A stretch of 64,000 bases of DNA from Macrostomum lignano (Eukaryota): contig NIVC01001046.1 in the NCBI GenBank assembly GCA_002269645.1, positions 310,001 through 374,000 of the forward strand, read 5' to 3'. Numbering within the stretch: position 1 is the stretch's first letter; every line of letters starts with the position of its first letter. The notes below the pieces were generated by a model. The model saw only the letters and a list, made by a program, of their open reading frames with translations. It did not search any database and had not been told where the DNA came from. Positions 25,900-37,857 of the stretch are shown piece by piece. The position numbers and the translations under genes were made by a program.

Positions 25900-26169
25900 T
25901 ACATTAGCCCAGTGGTCTAGCGCGCAGCGGCCCAGGCTCGATTCCAAATGCAGTCACATTAATTTTGGGGCTAAATTGGAATCTCGGATCGGCTCTGCTC
26001 TTGTAATTAACACCAGCCCCAAAGGCACAAGGAAGTGTACATGTCTAACGATAAATAAAGTTAGGGTCGCTGTACACTCCTGTGCGAGTGTGTACCTGCT
26101 CCGGGGAGTCGGTGGAATGGGCAGCAATGCCTCTCGCCGGATGTGTGACAATGTCGCTTAAAGTGCGCC
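25900..26169 (+). mobile_element. tRNA-derived SINE, family A copy 2 (inverted relative to copy 1)
   Basis: TAGCCCAGTGGTCTAG...GGCTCGATTCCAAATGCAGTCACATTAATTTTGGGGCTAAATTGG...GTGTGACAATGTCGCTTAAAGTGCGCC. Confidence 0.85.
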
Positions 26170-26372
26170 AGGGTGCACACAGCCCCCCTGCCTTTAACTA
26201 AAAAAACTGCACATTGGGAGCAACGGTAAAACAATTGTCGGAACTAATTGCTATTGACGTCGCGTGTCGAAAAGCCAGGTGGAAGCAAACAAATAATGTA
26301 AGCAGAACAGAGTACAATGAGCAACCTGCGACATCAAAATTAAGATCCGCGGTAGTTATTGGTACATTGGTG

Positions 26373-27180
26373 CATTGTATTTATACTTTTACCCAGCACC
26401 ATGTCATTATTCCACACTTTTTGCGGCCATTATTCAACACTTTGGCTCTTGCGATTGGCTGTTTTGCGATTTAGTTTACCATAGACGAAACACACGAGAG
26501 CTATACGAGGTCTACCATATACTTAGATGGGCCATAGACAAAATTTCCCCAAAGCTGTCTTTGATTATCTCATGCGGTTCTCAAAAATTAAAACTCTCTC
26601 TCTACAAAGCAACTATGGTTGCATGCGCTTATTAATGCAAACATCTTCCCGCGGACTCGCTAAACGGAGTCAAGATGGACGAGTTGCAACTGCTGTCTGA
26701 GCTCAGTTCAACGGACCACCACGATGACCAGGCCTGGCGGGATTTCATTGATTGGATTGAGAACGACCACGGAACTGAAGAACTGCCGGACCTGCCGGGA
26801 GTGAGTGGCTTCAATGAGCAGATGGGAACTGCCGCTTTGAGAACTGCAGCTTTATTTCGGGGCGATAAGTAAACACTCGCTGTAAAATGTTGACTATACA
26901 AACTGATGAAGTGTGTTGCAAAAGTTAAGCTTAATATAATTATCTTTTTTCATGCAATTTGGCGTTTTCAACATTGCATTTGTTCAATATCAACTAATAT
27001 GTATATAATATTTCAAGCAAGCCTCTACTGTCAAATGGTTCACGGGCTTATCTGTTAAAATACACTTAATAACGGCTACGTTGTTTCAAATCCTTATGTC
27101 TATGGCCTAGAACCTGAAAAGTGTGGAATAATGGCCAAAAAATTTTGTTATTGCGTCTGGGTATAAGTATAATTACAATG
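26373..27180. mobile_element. Non-autonomous inverted-repeat (MITE-like) element, copy 1
   Basis: Termini CATTGTATTTATACTTTTACCCAG and CTGGGTATAAGTATAATTACAATG. Subterminal CATTATTCCACACTTTT and AAAAGTGTGGAATAATG. Internal CCATAGAC (26479, 26532) and GTCTATGG (27098). Confidence 0.7.
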
Positions 27181-27184
27181 GTAG

Positions 27185-28167
27185 ATTGTATAGTATTTAT
27201 ACTTTCACTCAGCGCTCAGTCATTATTCCACACTTTTGCGGCCATTATTCCACACTTTTGTCGCTGTCATTATTCCACACTTTTTATCATGCTTCAATTG
27301 GCTGTTTTGAGAGTTATTTTACCCATAGACGACTGAGTTGTGTGGCTTAGTTTGACCATAGACAACACTGTGATGAGTGCTGATTTTGCTTGCGTCTTGC
27401 AAGAAATCAGGAAAGCGAGTAGTGGGAGAAAAAGCTATTTGTCTTGTCAAACAACTATGGCTGTAGTGCATCTCGTCAAACAGCCGCGCTTATTAATTGA
27501 AAAAATCTTCCTGTCGACGACTGAACGAACCGTGCGGCGCTACCTAGGAAGAAAACGCGACCATGCAGTCTTCAACGCCTCGACGGCTATAAACGATGCC
27601 TGAAAGCGGCCAATCGATTCAGTCGAGCAGCCGACAGTCCCAAAGAATCCCAGCTTGGATACTGCGGTACCAAAGAAGCTCATCAGACGAAGCTCATCAG
27701 TCGCATGCCAACTTAACCAAGACGTGCATCTTTCAAATGGTAAGTTCGGCAACTATACTTGAGCACCTGTATTTCTCTTTCATAGAAAACATTCAACATA
27801 GACCAACTCCTTTTGCAGTGCCAAATCATCAGGCTAAAGTGTCGAGCATCGTTGGAAACTGCGGCTTTGAGAACTGTGCATGTTTCACTTTGGGTGACAA
27901 AATGATTTTTACATTGTCAAATTTCGACTACAAACTGATAAACTGCACTAGCTGTGACATTTATTATTAACTCTTTTCGTGTAGCTGGTACTTTAGTTTT
28001 AATGATTTTTCCTTTTTGTTCATTTACTTCTTGTTTTTCTGTATTTATTAACAGAAATACTGAGCGATGGATTTTTTCAATCCAAATGTCTATGGTACAC
28101 ATCAAAACTGTGGAATAATGGCCAAAATATTTTTTCATTGCGTCTGGGTAAAAGTATAATTACAATG
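27185..28167. mobile_element. Non-autonomous inverted-repeat element, copy 2 (same ends, different interior)
   Basis: Degenerate left end with repeated CATTATTCCACACTTTT. Right end GTGGAATAATGGCCAAAA...GCGTCTGGGTAAAAGTATAATTACAATG. CCATAGAC at 27323 and 27356, GTCTATGG at 28088, another CCATAGAC just outside at 28170. Confidence 0.65.
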
Positions 28168-28272
28168 ACCCATAGACAAGACTATAAAAGAAAACCTCTA
28201 ATATAGGCATATCAAGTCTGCTAAGATGAGACTATTTCGATCCACAAGAGACATTACCAAGTAGAGCCGGTG

Positions 28273-31200
28273 ATGACGGGCCCACACGAAGAAGACAGCG
28301 GCGGATTAGTCATGAGGCCGGCCAATTCCGACGCCATTCTGCCGACGCCGCCGCCGCCGCTGCCTCAGTCGAAACTGACGACTGCCGGAGACAAAGCGAT
28401 GGAAGAAGCCGATGGAAGGAAGGTGCTGACGTCTCCTTACCTGGCGGAGGCTTGCTGCTCAAGGCTGCTCAATCAGTTCTCTGGCAGACTGGGCCTCTTT
28501 GTTGCCGGCCGGCCTAGGAACTATGCCTTCAGAGCTAACAGAAACGCGTGAGCTGAGACTTTTTAGATGCTCATGAGACTTATTGGCTCTGTCCTGCTCT
28601 ATCCCGATCCTTAAGTGAGCACTGCTACCCTCCCAGATTCTTTAGTGAGCACTGCTACCCTCCCAGATTCTTTAGTGAGCACTGCTACCCTTTCCAATTC
28701 TTCAGTGAGCACTGCTACCCTCTCCTAAACCTTCAGTGAGCACTGCTAACCTCTCCTAAACCTTCAGTGAGCACTGCTACCCTCTCCTAAACCTTCAGTG
28801 AGCACTGCTAACCTCTCCTAAACCTTCAGTGAGCACTGCTACCCTCTCCTAAACCTTCAGTGAGCACTGCTACCCTCTCCTAAACCTTCAGTGAGCACTG
28901 CTACCCTCTCCTAACCTTCAGTGAGCACTGCTAACCTCTCCTAAACCTTCAGTGAGCACTGCTAACCTCTCCTAAACCTTCAGTGAGCACTGCTACCCTC
29001 TCCTAAACCTTCAGTGAGCACTGCTACCCTCTCCTAACCTTCAGTGAGCACTGCTAACCTCTCCTAAACCTTCAGTGAGCACTGCTACCCTCTCCTAAAC
29101 CTTCAGTGAGCACTGCTACCCTCTCCTAAACCTTCAGTGAGCACTGCTACCCTCTCCTAAACCTTCAGTGAGCACTGCTACCCTCTCCTAAACCTTCAGT
29201 GAGCACTGCTAACCTCTCCTAAACCTTCAGTGAGCACTGCTACCCTCTCCTAAACCTTCAGTGAGCACTGCTACCCTCTCCTAAACCTTCAGTGAGCACT
29301 GCTACCCTCTCCTAAACCTTCAGTGAGCACTGCTACCCTCTCCTATCCTTCAGTGAGCAGCAGGATTCTCCAACGTCAAATTGTATTTCCAGAATAATGG
29401 AAACAGTCAGCCACCTTGGCTACCGAGTCCTTGACTACAGTTCCCTGCGCGAGAATCTGCAGCTTCAGTTAGACAATGGGGATTTAGAGAAAACTGAGGC
29501 CGCTGCAACTGAGACTGAGGCCGCTGCAACTGAGGCCGCTGCAACTGAGGCGGCGGCAGAGGCGGCAGCGGCAAGTTTGGCTAGCAAAATTTCCTCACTG
29601 CCTGAGACCACATTAAGTCTGGTGTTTCTGAAGCCGCAGAAACTCGACTGGAACTGTCTTGGTAAAAAAAGCTGATTGAGTGAGATATCAATTGCCATGA
29701 TGAGTTAAGCAGTGGTTTTGAACAGATCAGCGAGCCGCCCATTAAAGGACCCGGGAAGCGAAAGATCTAAGAAATTGGGGAGCTATCTCAAAGGGTTTGC
29801 CAAGAAATGACCCGTTGTCAGTATAATCAATAATAAATGTAAGTACAAACGCTTACCCACAGGCAACTGTTTAATATTCGAGCCGTACCACCAGCCCAGC
29901 CTGTTCGCCTCGGACAAATGGAACATGGCCAGAATTCTCAGCCGAAAGGCCGGCCAATCCGGCCTGAAATTCTTTGACGCCTCTGGGGCCGAATTCAATT
30001 ATCGCCGGTTCACGATGTACACAGCCAATCCCGGCCTGGGGGGTAGGCAGCAGCTGATAAGGCATCTTGGTGAGCGCGAAGAAAGAGGGTCGGGGGTTGG
30101 GGTTTGGCAGGATGAGATAAGAGTGGTGTACATTTACGGCGTTCGTAGATGAATAAGGCATCTTGGTGAGCGCGGAGGAAGGGGGATTGGGGTTGGGGGT
30201 TTGACGTGCTGAGAGAGAGGGAGAGAGGGTTGTGTACATTTGCGGCGTACATTAGATGGATAAGGCATCTTGGTGAGCGCGGAGGAAGGGGGATGGGGTT
30301 GGGGCCTGGGGTTTGACGTCCTGAGAGAGAGGGTTGTGTACATTTGCTGCGTAGATGCACATTCTCGTCCCCACGAGAAAGTTTGTGGCAGCCAATAAGC
30401 GATCAGGAGTTAAATCCTATCTAGGACTGCGTTTATAGTTTGTTTATACATCAATGAAGTAATTTAAATAGCATGCACTTTGGCGGAATACGTTTGACCC
30501 ACAAGGGCCAGCCCCAAGGCACAGAGAGTGTACGCTGTACACCTTGTGTGAGCGTGTGTATGAGCGCATGACTGGAATCGCCGACTTCTGTGTTAGCTCG
30601 TACTTTGTTTGAGAAGTCTCAATGCTAATACTGAGGTTTTGATTTATTTCAGACGCAAACCCAGGAGTCTACGTACTCAAAAGGACCAAGTAAGAGCTGA
30701 CTTGTTTAATTAGTTGCTTTGCTTACCTGCTGCTATACTCTCTTTTGATGCTAACTCTTTGTTGGGAGTAATTATATAACATTTTTATCTGCCAACAGTC
30801 TATCCATTTAGCTTTGATGACAGCAACATCTCTTAGAAATTCTAACATCAAACACATCTGTCAATCTTGCTGATTGTGAGTATATACGAGGGTAACTAGT
30901 AAGTAGCTAGTAGATAGTAACTAGTAGATAGTACTAGTAGATATAGCAGCTAGTAGATAGAAGTTTTAAATTCAAATCGGAATATGAGTAAATGCTAAAA
31001 ATACTCGTAGAATCTGAGTTATGAGTATATAATTTGTTAAATCCAATGAGAATGACATGCTTGAAGGTGACAAATCTGCGAGGTGAGATGGGACGGGATG
31101 AGCCGAGGTGACAAAGTGAGGTGAGGTGAGGTGAGATGAGATGAGATGAGATGGGATGAGCTGAGCTGAGCTGAGGTTAGGTTAGGTTAGGTTAGGTGAT

Positions 31201-32645
31201 GTGAGGAGAGGTGTGGGGAGGGAGATGAGGTGAGATGAGATAAGGTGAAATGAGGGAGATGAAATGAGATGAGGTGCAGTGAGGTGGATGAGATGGGAGA
31301 TGAGATGAAGTGAGGTGAGATGAGATGAGGTGAGATGGGGGAGATGAGATGAGATGAGATTCTGTCAGTCACTGAAATGTAAGCCAAGCTCTGGCAAGCG
31401 GGGCCAAACCCGCAGTTCATCGCAGGGCATCGGCATCCACATGTACCGGGCCCAGCAGCCCAACAGCATCGATCTTCTCCAGCGCTGCATCGGTCAAAAA
31501 GCTCGCCTTCAACGCTACGTACTGCAAAAGTACATCGAGCGTCCTCTGCTAGTTGATAAGAGAAAATTCGATCTGCGAGTCTACCTGCTGGTGCTGAGCT
31601 GCTCCTGTCCCGGCCGGCCAGGCGACCGCGGCTACTTCGCCTTCTGCCATCCCGGCTACGTGAAGGTCAGCAGCCGGGCCTACGCTGGCGACAGCCGCGA
31701 CCCTCGCGTTCACTTCACCAACCAGTGGGTGCAGCGGCGCGGCGGCCGGCAGTACGAGTGCGTCAAGGAGGCGACAACCTGGCTGCCGGACGAGCTCGAC
31801 GCCTACTTGGAGCGACGGCGACGGAATGGCAACGGGCCGGCTGTGCCCGAAGGCTGGTGCCGGCAGAAGCTTTACAGACAGGTCGGTCAGCATTGTTGCA
31901 AGCCGAATTGGAATGCTGAGAGGAGATAGGAGAAAGTAGAGAGTAGGGAGTAGAGAGGAGAGTGGAGAGAGGAGAGAGAAGAGAGTAGAAAAGTAGAGAG
32001 GAGAGAGGAGAAAGGAGAGATTAGAAAGGAGAGAGTAGCGAGTATAGAGTAGAAAGGAGAAAGGAGAGAGAAAAGAGGAGAGATTGGAGAGTGAGAACGG
32101 AGAGAGAGAGAGAGGAAAGGGACAGCGGAGAGAGAAAGAAGATAAGAGATCGGGGCGCATGGATGGACAGGCCATTGTGCAATTGTAAGCCGAAAATTCC
32201 TAGAAACATCCAACCAAAATATTTATTTAAAGCAGCCTAATTTCAAAATATTATACAAATAAAATGCTAATGAAATAGCCGGATTCCCCTCAAGGTGGCG
32301 GCCATCGCAGGCTACCTGGCCTGGTCCTGCCGGCCCTACCTGGCCAGCCGCAGGCCCGGCTGCGTGTTTCGAATCTACGGGCCCGACCTCATTGTTGACG
32401 AGGATCTGCGAGTGAGCCTGCTAGAATTCAACTGCTTCCCCTGCTACGCCAAGAATACGATGGCTCTGTCTACTAGCCTCGGCTCGATGTGGCGCGAGGC
32501 CGTTGCCATAGCAACCGAAGCCTCGCTGCGCTACCGCGACGGTCTGCCGGTGGCGGCGCCGACAACGGCTAGAAATTTTTGCCAGGTGTTCAGCTCGCAG
32601 AATCCTGCCGTACTGGGGAAATTGATTAGCAGCTGTTTTCCCTGA
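28273..32645 (+). CDS. TTLL10: Tubulin-tyrosine-ligase-like protein, closest by recalled motifs to TTLL10 (protein glycylase), 6 exons
   Basis: Exons 28273-28547, 29393-29661, 29863-30042, 30653-30689 (37-nt microexon), 31416-31881 and 32295-32645, all phase-compatible. Motifs VYVLKRTNSSQGIGI, LQKYIERPLLVDKRKFDLRVYLLV, HFTNQWVQRR and YGPDLIVDEDLRVSLLEFNCFP. The start codon and subfamily are less sure than the TTL fold. Confidence 0.8.
28615..29358. repeat. 31-bp minisatellite in TTLL intron 1
   Basis: About 24 copies of AGTGAGCACTGCTACCCTCTCCTAAACCTTC. Confidence 0.93.
30055..30360. repeat. Imperfect tandem repeat in TTLL intron 3
   Basis: Recurrent GATAAGGCATCTTGGTGAGCGCG...GGGGTTTG...GTGTACATT blocks. 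Confidence 0.7.
31075..31362. repeat. Pentamer-based purine-rich repeat (GATGA/GAGGT) in TTLL intron 4
   Basis: Direct reading. Confidence 0.85.
31915..32150. repeat. GA-rich low-complexity tract in TTLL intron 5
   Basis: Direct reading. Confidence 0.8.
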
Positions 32646-32754
32646 GCTCAGGTGCATGCGGGCGAAGGAATTACAGTGTTTGTCGGAATTTGCTGCGATT
32701 TTGGGACAGAGAGGAGTCACGAAATACGTGGGACAGAAGGCCAAAAACATCTAG

Positions 32755-33065
32755 GAAAGAGGGCCATAAACACCCGGGCAGAGGGTCATAAACACCAGTG
32801 ACAGACGGCTATAAACACCCGGGACAGACGGCCATAAACACCCGGGACAGACGGTCATAAACACCTGGGACAAAGGGCCATAAACACCAGTGACAGACGG
32901 CTATAAACACCCGGGACAGACGGCCATAAACACCCGGTAAAGAGGGCCATAAACACTCTGAACAGAGGGCCATAAACACAAAATTCGTACGAGCGTAAGG
33001 TCATAAACACCTGGGACAGAGGGCTATAAACACCCGGGACAGACGGCTATAAACACCTTGGACAG
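32755..33065. repeat. 23-bp minisatellite 3' of TTLL
   Basis: ATAAACACCCGGGACAGACGGCC-like units. Confidence 0.85.
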
Positions 33066-33645
33066 GGGAGAATACATGAAGTAGACGGTTATGAACACCA
33101 GATGCAGTGTAATAAGCACACGCAGCTAAAAACGGTCACGAGCATCGGAGCATGGATTCTCAAATGTCTGAAGCGGAGGAACACAAAACAGCTGTCATAG
33201 CAAATAAAATTTCTAGACTCAAACAGATCCCAAACCAATTAAAATCGCAGACGGTACCGGCAATAAAAAAGCAATGGCAGACGTATCGCTTCTTAACTCC
33301 ATTTTGTTCATCATCTTTAAATTTTTCCAGTCGCGCAACTTTGCTTCTTTTGTAATTTGCCGCAATTGAAAAGCAACGATTTAAATAAAAAAGACGACAT
33401 GCTTTGGAAATTTCGGATAAAATTGATTTTGCCTTCGTAATTTCTCAATTCTAAATGGTATTAAACCGTTGGTCATGACACTCCGGATCCTGATAAAATT
33501 GTCTGCGACTGCGCCAGCCGAGACACCCATTGTTTGGCCATAGACATTCTAAGTCACTACACAGAGCACAGATTCTACTTCGTATACACCCCTAGATGGG
33601 CCACTCCAGCCGCCTGGCTGCAGCGCAAAAACACCCGGGTTAAGA

Positions 33646-33855
33646 CCATAGACTATGGGCCGTATGCAGAAAGCTCTGTCTAGGGTAGTCCGGTCTTGAA
33701 AAGCTAGTCTGGACTTGGATTTGGTATGCAGAAACACAAAGTTAGACCGGTCTACTATAGACAGAACTAAGGTAGCTAGACCATAGACTATAGAATGAAC
33801 TACCCAAGTCCGGACTAGCTAGTCTGGACTAAGCTTTCTGCATACGGCCCTATAG
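33646..33855. mobile_element. Small inverted-repeat element beginning at the palindrome CCATAG-A-CTATGG
   Basis: Perfect 19-bp inverted repeat GGGCCGTATGCAGAAAGCT (33657-33675) and AGCTTTCTGCATACGGCCC (33832-33850). Internal CCATAGACTATAG at 33781. Confidence 0.65.
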
Positions 33856-34225
33856 CTTCTGCTGCTCTCAAGCATTAGCAGCAGCAGCTGGTGTCTGTGG
33901 TCCTAATATCGGGGTTCAGACCATAGACTATAGCTTCTGCTGGTCTCAAGCATTAGCAGCAGCAGCTGGTGTCTGTGGTCCTAATATCGGGGTTCAGACC
34001 ATAGACTATAGCTTCTGCTGCTCTCAAGCATTAGCAGCAGCAGCTGGTGTCTGTGGTCCTAATATCGGGGTTCAGACCATAGACTATAGCTTCTGCTGCT
34101 CTCAAACATTAGCAGCAGCAGCTGGTGTCTGTGGCCCTAACCCTGGGGTTCAGACCATAGACTATAGCTTCTGCTGCTCTCAAGCATTAGCAGCAGCAGC
34201 TGGTGTCTGTGGCCCTAACCCCGGG
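33850..34225. repeat. 78-bp tandem array whose unit is a hairpin bounded by CCATAGAC...GTCTGTGG
   Basis: CCATAGAC at 33921, 33999, 34077 and 34155 (period 78). Within each unit CTGCTGCT pairs with AGCAGCAG and ACCATAGAC pairs with GTCTGTGG. Confidence 0.85.
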
Positions 34226-35286
34226 GATTTCGGGATCTCGGAGACGGCCGCTAAATACAGTAGCGGATGTTGGAGTGACACATCTTAGTAATATAGAATC
34301 CGTGACTCAGAGCTTGTAACTTTTGTCGTTAGATTTACAAATTAGTCTATGAAACGAAACTCCGTAGCACTATATGAAACTTTTTTTTACTTTTCGCTTC
34401 CCACTATTTACCAGTAACTTGTACCAGGTAGCATCTATGAAACACCCCCTCCCCGGCAGGCAACAGGAAAATGAGTTCATAGAGGGAGTGGCGCAGGTTC
34501 AGACAAAGCAGCAATTAGTTTTGTTGTCTTGGAAAATCGCCGGTCTCTTTAGACAGGAAAAAGCCATTGTTAAGTAGTAATTGTTGCTTTTGAGTTGTAC
34601 AGCAGCAGGCTAATTAGTGGCAATTAGGGTATTAGCAAAGCTAAGCTGTGTAATTTCGTATTTTGCATTCGACTGCAGTCAGAGCCTAGAAAGTTTTGTA
34701 CAAAGCGAATCTCATTAAAGCTAAACGAGCATTTAATTTAGGGTTTCAGCTTTGCCGAGGCACTTAGCCGGTTGCTAGGGGAAGTCTGCCTATGCAGTGT
34801 CAGCTCTTATCAGCTTCAATCCGCGTAGCTTCCAAAAATCGCAGGTATAGCCGCGTGCCCTATGACGTCACTTGCCTAATATGGCAAGTTTTTTATTTCA
34901 ATCAATATTTTTACATACAAGACAAAGCGACTCGATAAGTAAATTAATATTTATTGTTTACATCTATGTTAATTACTTCAGGCAAGCCTGCTGCCCGCAG
35001 ATAAAACATGCTATCAATGTATTTTTAACATCAATTACAAAAACTGCTACATGCTGTTTAACAAACCCTGACACACGGTGAAATATAACAAAATTTGAGT
35101 ATAAAAAAATACATTTAAAAAACAAATTACAATGCTTTTATTTAAAATGAGCACAGCCATCTGTACGCTAACAAACGTACTGTAAGGTCCCGAGTTCGAT
35201 TCCCCGGCCATGGACTTTTCTAAATTCTGTCAGTATCTCGTGCGATTTTCGCGAACCAGCAAAAAGGCAGCACTCATTCGAAAGTG

Positions 35287-37594
35287 TCACCGCAGCGCCG
35301 ACTCAGCCAGGTCCTGGGCCACCTGGTTGAACGCCGACGTCAGCTGGCGAACCTTCGCCTCCAGCCGCTGCTTCTGCGCCTCCGTGTCCTTCAGCAGCTG
35401 CCGCATCTCCTCCTCGACTTCGGCAACTCGACTGTCGGCGTCTGACCGCGCCTTGGTGAGCTGGCGCTCCAGCTGCTCCACCTGGCGCCGGTGCCCCGTC
35501 TGCTGGGCGTCCAGCTGAGCCCTGAAGGCGTCGTCAGCTGTCCGCAGCTGCTCGGTGGCGGCGGTCGCCGCGGCCGCCGATTTGTCCCGTTCGGCGCGCA
35601 GTTCAGCCTCGCGTCGTTCGAATTCCGAGCGCAGCTGCTCAACCTGCGCCTCCATGCGGCTGATTTGGTCGGATTTGTCCCGCCATCGGCTCGTGAGCTG
35701 CGCAGCGTTGCGCTCAGCCCGCTGGCACCGGTCGGTGAGCTCCTCAACCTGCTGCTTCAGCTCGTCCTTGCGCTCAGTTAGCGCCTTCACCTGGTCCTGG
35801 GGTAGGGGCGGAGGCAGGGCTCCCATTATCATTATCCCATTGCTCTCCAATCCCAATGTACATTATCCCATTTCTTCCAAATCCCAATGTCCCATTATCC
35901 CATTTCTTCCCAATCAAGATTATCCCATTTCTCCCCAATCCCAATGTACATTATACCATTTCTTCCCAATCAAGATTATCCCATTTCTTGCTAATACCAA
36001 TGTACATTATCTCATTTCTTCCCAATTCGAATGTACATTATCCCATTTCTTCCTAATCCCAATGTACATTATCCCATTTCTCCCCAATCCCAATTTACAT
36101 TATCCCATTTCTTCCAAATCCCTATTTTCATCATCATATTTCTCCCAATCCCAATGTTCATTATCCCATTTCTTGCCAATCCCAATGTACATTATCCCAT
36201 TTTTTCCCAATTCCAGTGTACATTATCCCCTCTCAAGGCTGCGATCTCTCACCTCGGCATCCCGCCGGCTCTCGGTCTCCAACTGCAGCTGCTCCTCCAG
36301 CTGGCGCGTCCTCTCAATGCCCTCCTCTTGGACCCGTTTCACTGCGGCGTCCTTCTCAGCCAGGCTGTCCTTCAATTTCCGGACAGTGTCCAGCAGGTCC
36401 TCGGCCACTTTAGTCTTGATCCGCAGCGCGTCAGTCTCCTGCTCCAGCTGGCGCTTCAACGAGGCCACCTCGGACTGGAGCAGCTCCACCCGGCTCTCCA
36501 GCCGCCCCCTGTCCTGAGCCAGCGCGCTGCCCTGCTGCGCCAACTCGTCCGCCCACAGGCGTTTCTCAGCTCGGAGGCCCTCGATGAGGGAGTCTTGAGC
36601 AGCCAGTTGAGCTGTGAGCCGCTTGTTCTCCTTGCGCAGCGACTCCATGTCCGTCAGGCGGCGCCTGGCATCCTCCAGCTGCTCCTCCTGCTTCTGGTCC
36701 CGAGCCTGCCAGGTGCGAGAGTAGAGAGAACTGGGGTGAGATTATTGGGCTAGAATGGTGAGATTTAGGGAGTAGATAGTGAGATAGAGATAAAGTAGAT
36801 GGAGATAGAGAGAGTAGATGGTGAAATGGAGTAGGTAGTAGGAAAGAGAGAGAGAAAGGGAGAGAGAGATAGAGTAGACGGTGAAATTGAAGGATAAGAT
36901 AGTGAGATAGACGGAGTAGATGATGGGGGTAGAATGATTAGACGGTGAGATAGAGGGAGTAGACAGTGAGAAAGAGAGAGTAGACTGTGAGATAAAGAGA
37001 ATAGACGGTGAGATCAAGAGATTAGACAGTGAGATCAAGAGAGTAGACAGTGAGATCAAGAGATTAGACAGTGAGATCAAGAGAGTAGACAGTGAGATTT
37101 AGTGAGACTTGAGTAAGAGACGTAACTCAGCAGCAATCTTAACAATCTTCTAAAACACGAAATGAGCCTCGCCTTCTGAGCCTTGATCTCCTCCTGTCGG
37201 GTTTTAGCCGCAGTCTCCAGTTTGATTTTCTGCTCCTTGGCCAGCTGAAATTTGAAGTTAAAAACAATCAGTTTAGGCTAAAATCTGAGACACGGAGAAA
37301 TAATTCAAATGGTAGAGGTGAGCGCACTGGAGACCAAAACAGGACAGCGGAGGGTCGACGGTAAATGGGAGGTTTAAGGATGAATCACGGGGCGCGAACG
37401 CAGCGTTAAGCAGAGGGCGGTTATTAAGAGTGTGGCCTGGATTCTTCTTCTGGACCTCTCATTTAGCGTCAGGAAATTTTAATTACGGGTGCCTGACATC
37501 AGGTCGATGGCCGAGAAATGAACAACCTGTGCCCGCTTTGAGCTGCGCTGTTCTTGGAAGGGAATCGGATACAGTAGAGACGGGACCGATGCGC

Positions 37595-37659
<65 letters not shown>

Positions 37660-37670
37660 GACAGTCAGGC

Positions 37671-37745
<75 letters not shown>

Positions 37746-37764
37746 TAGACAGAGACAGTCAGGC

Positions 37765-37857
<93 letters not shown>

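Noticed and set aside
35165-35212. tRNA-like fragment with B-box GAGTTCGATTCCCCGG
   Set aside because: No acceptor stem or D-arm could be built. It is probably a SINE-head remnant, not a tRNA gene.
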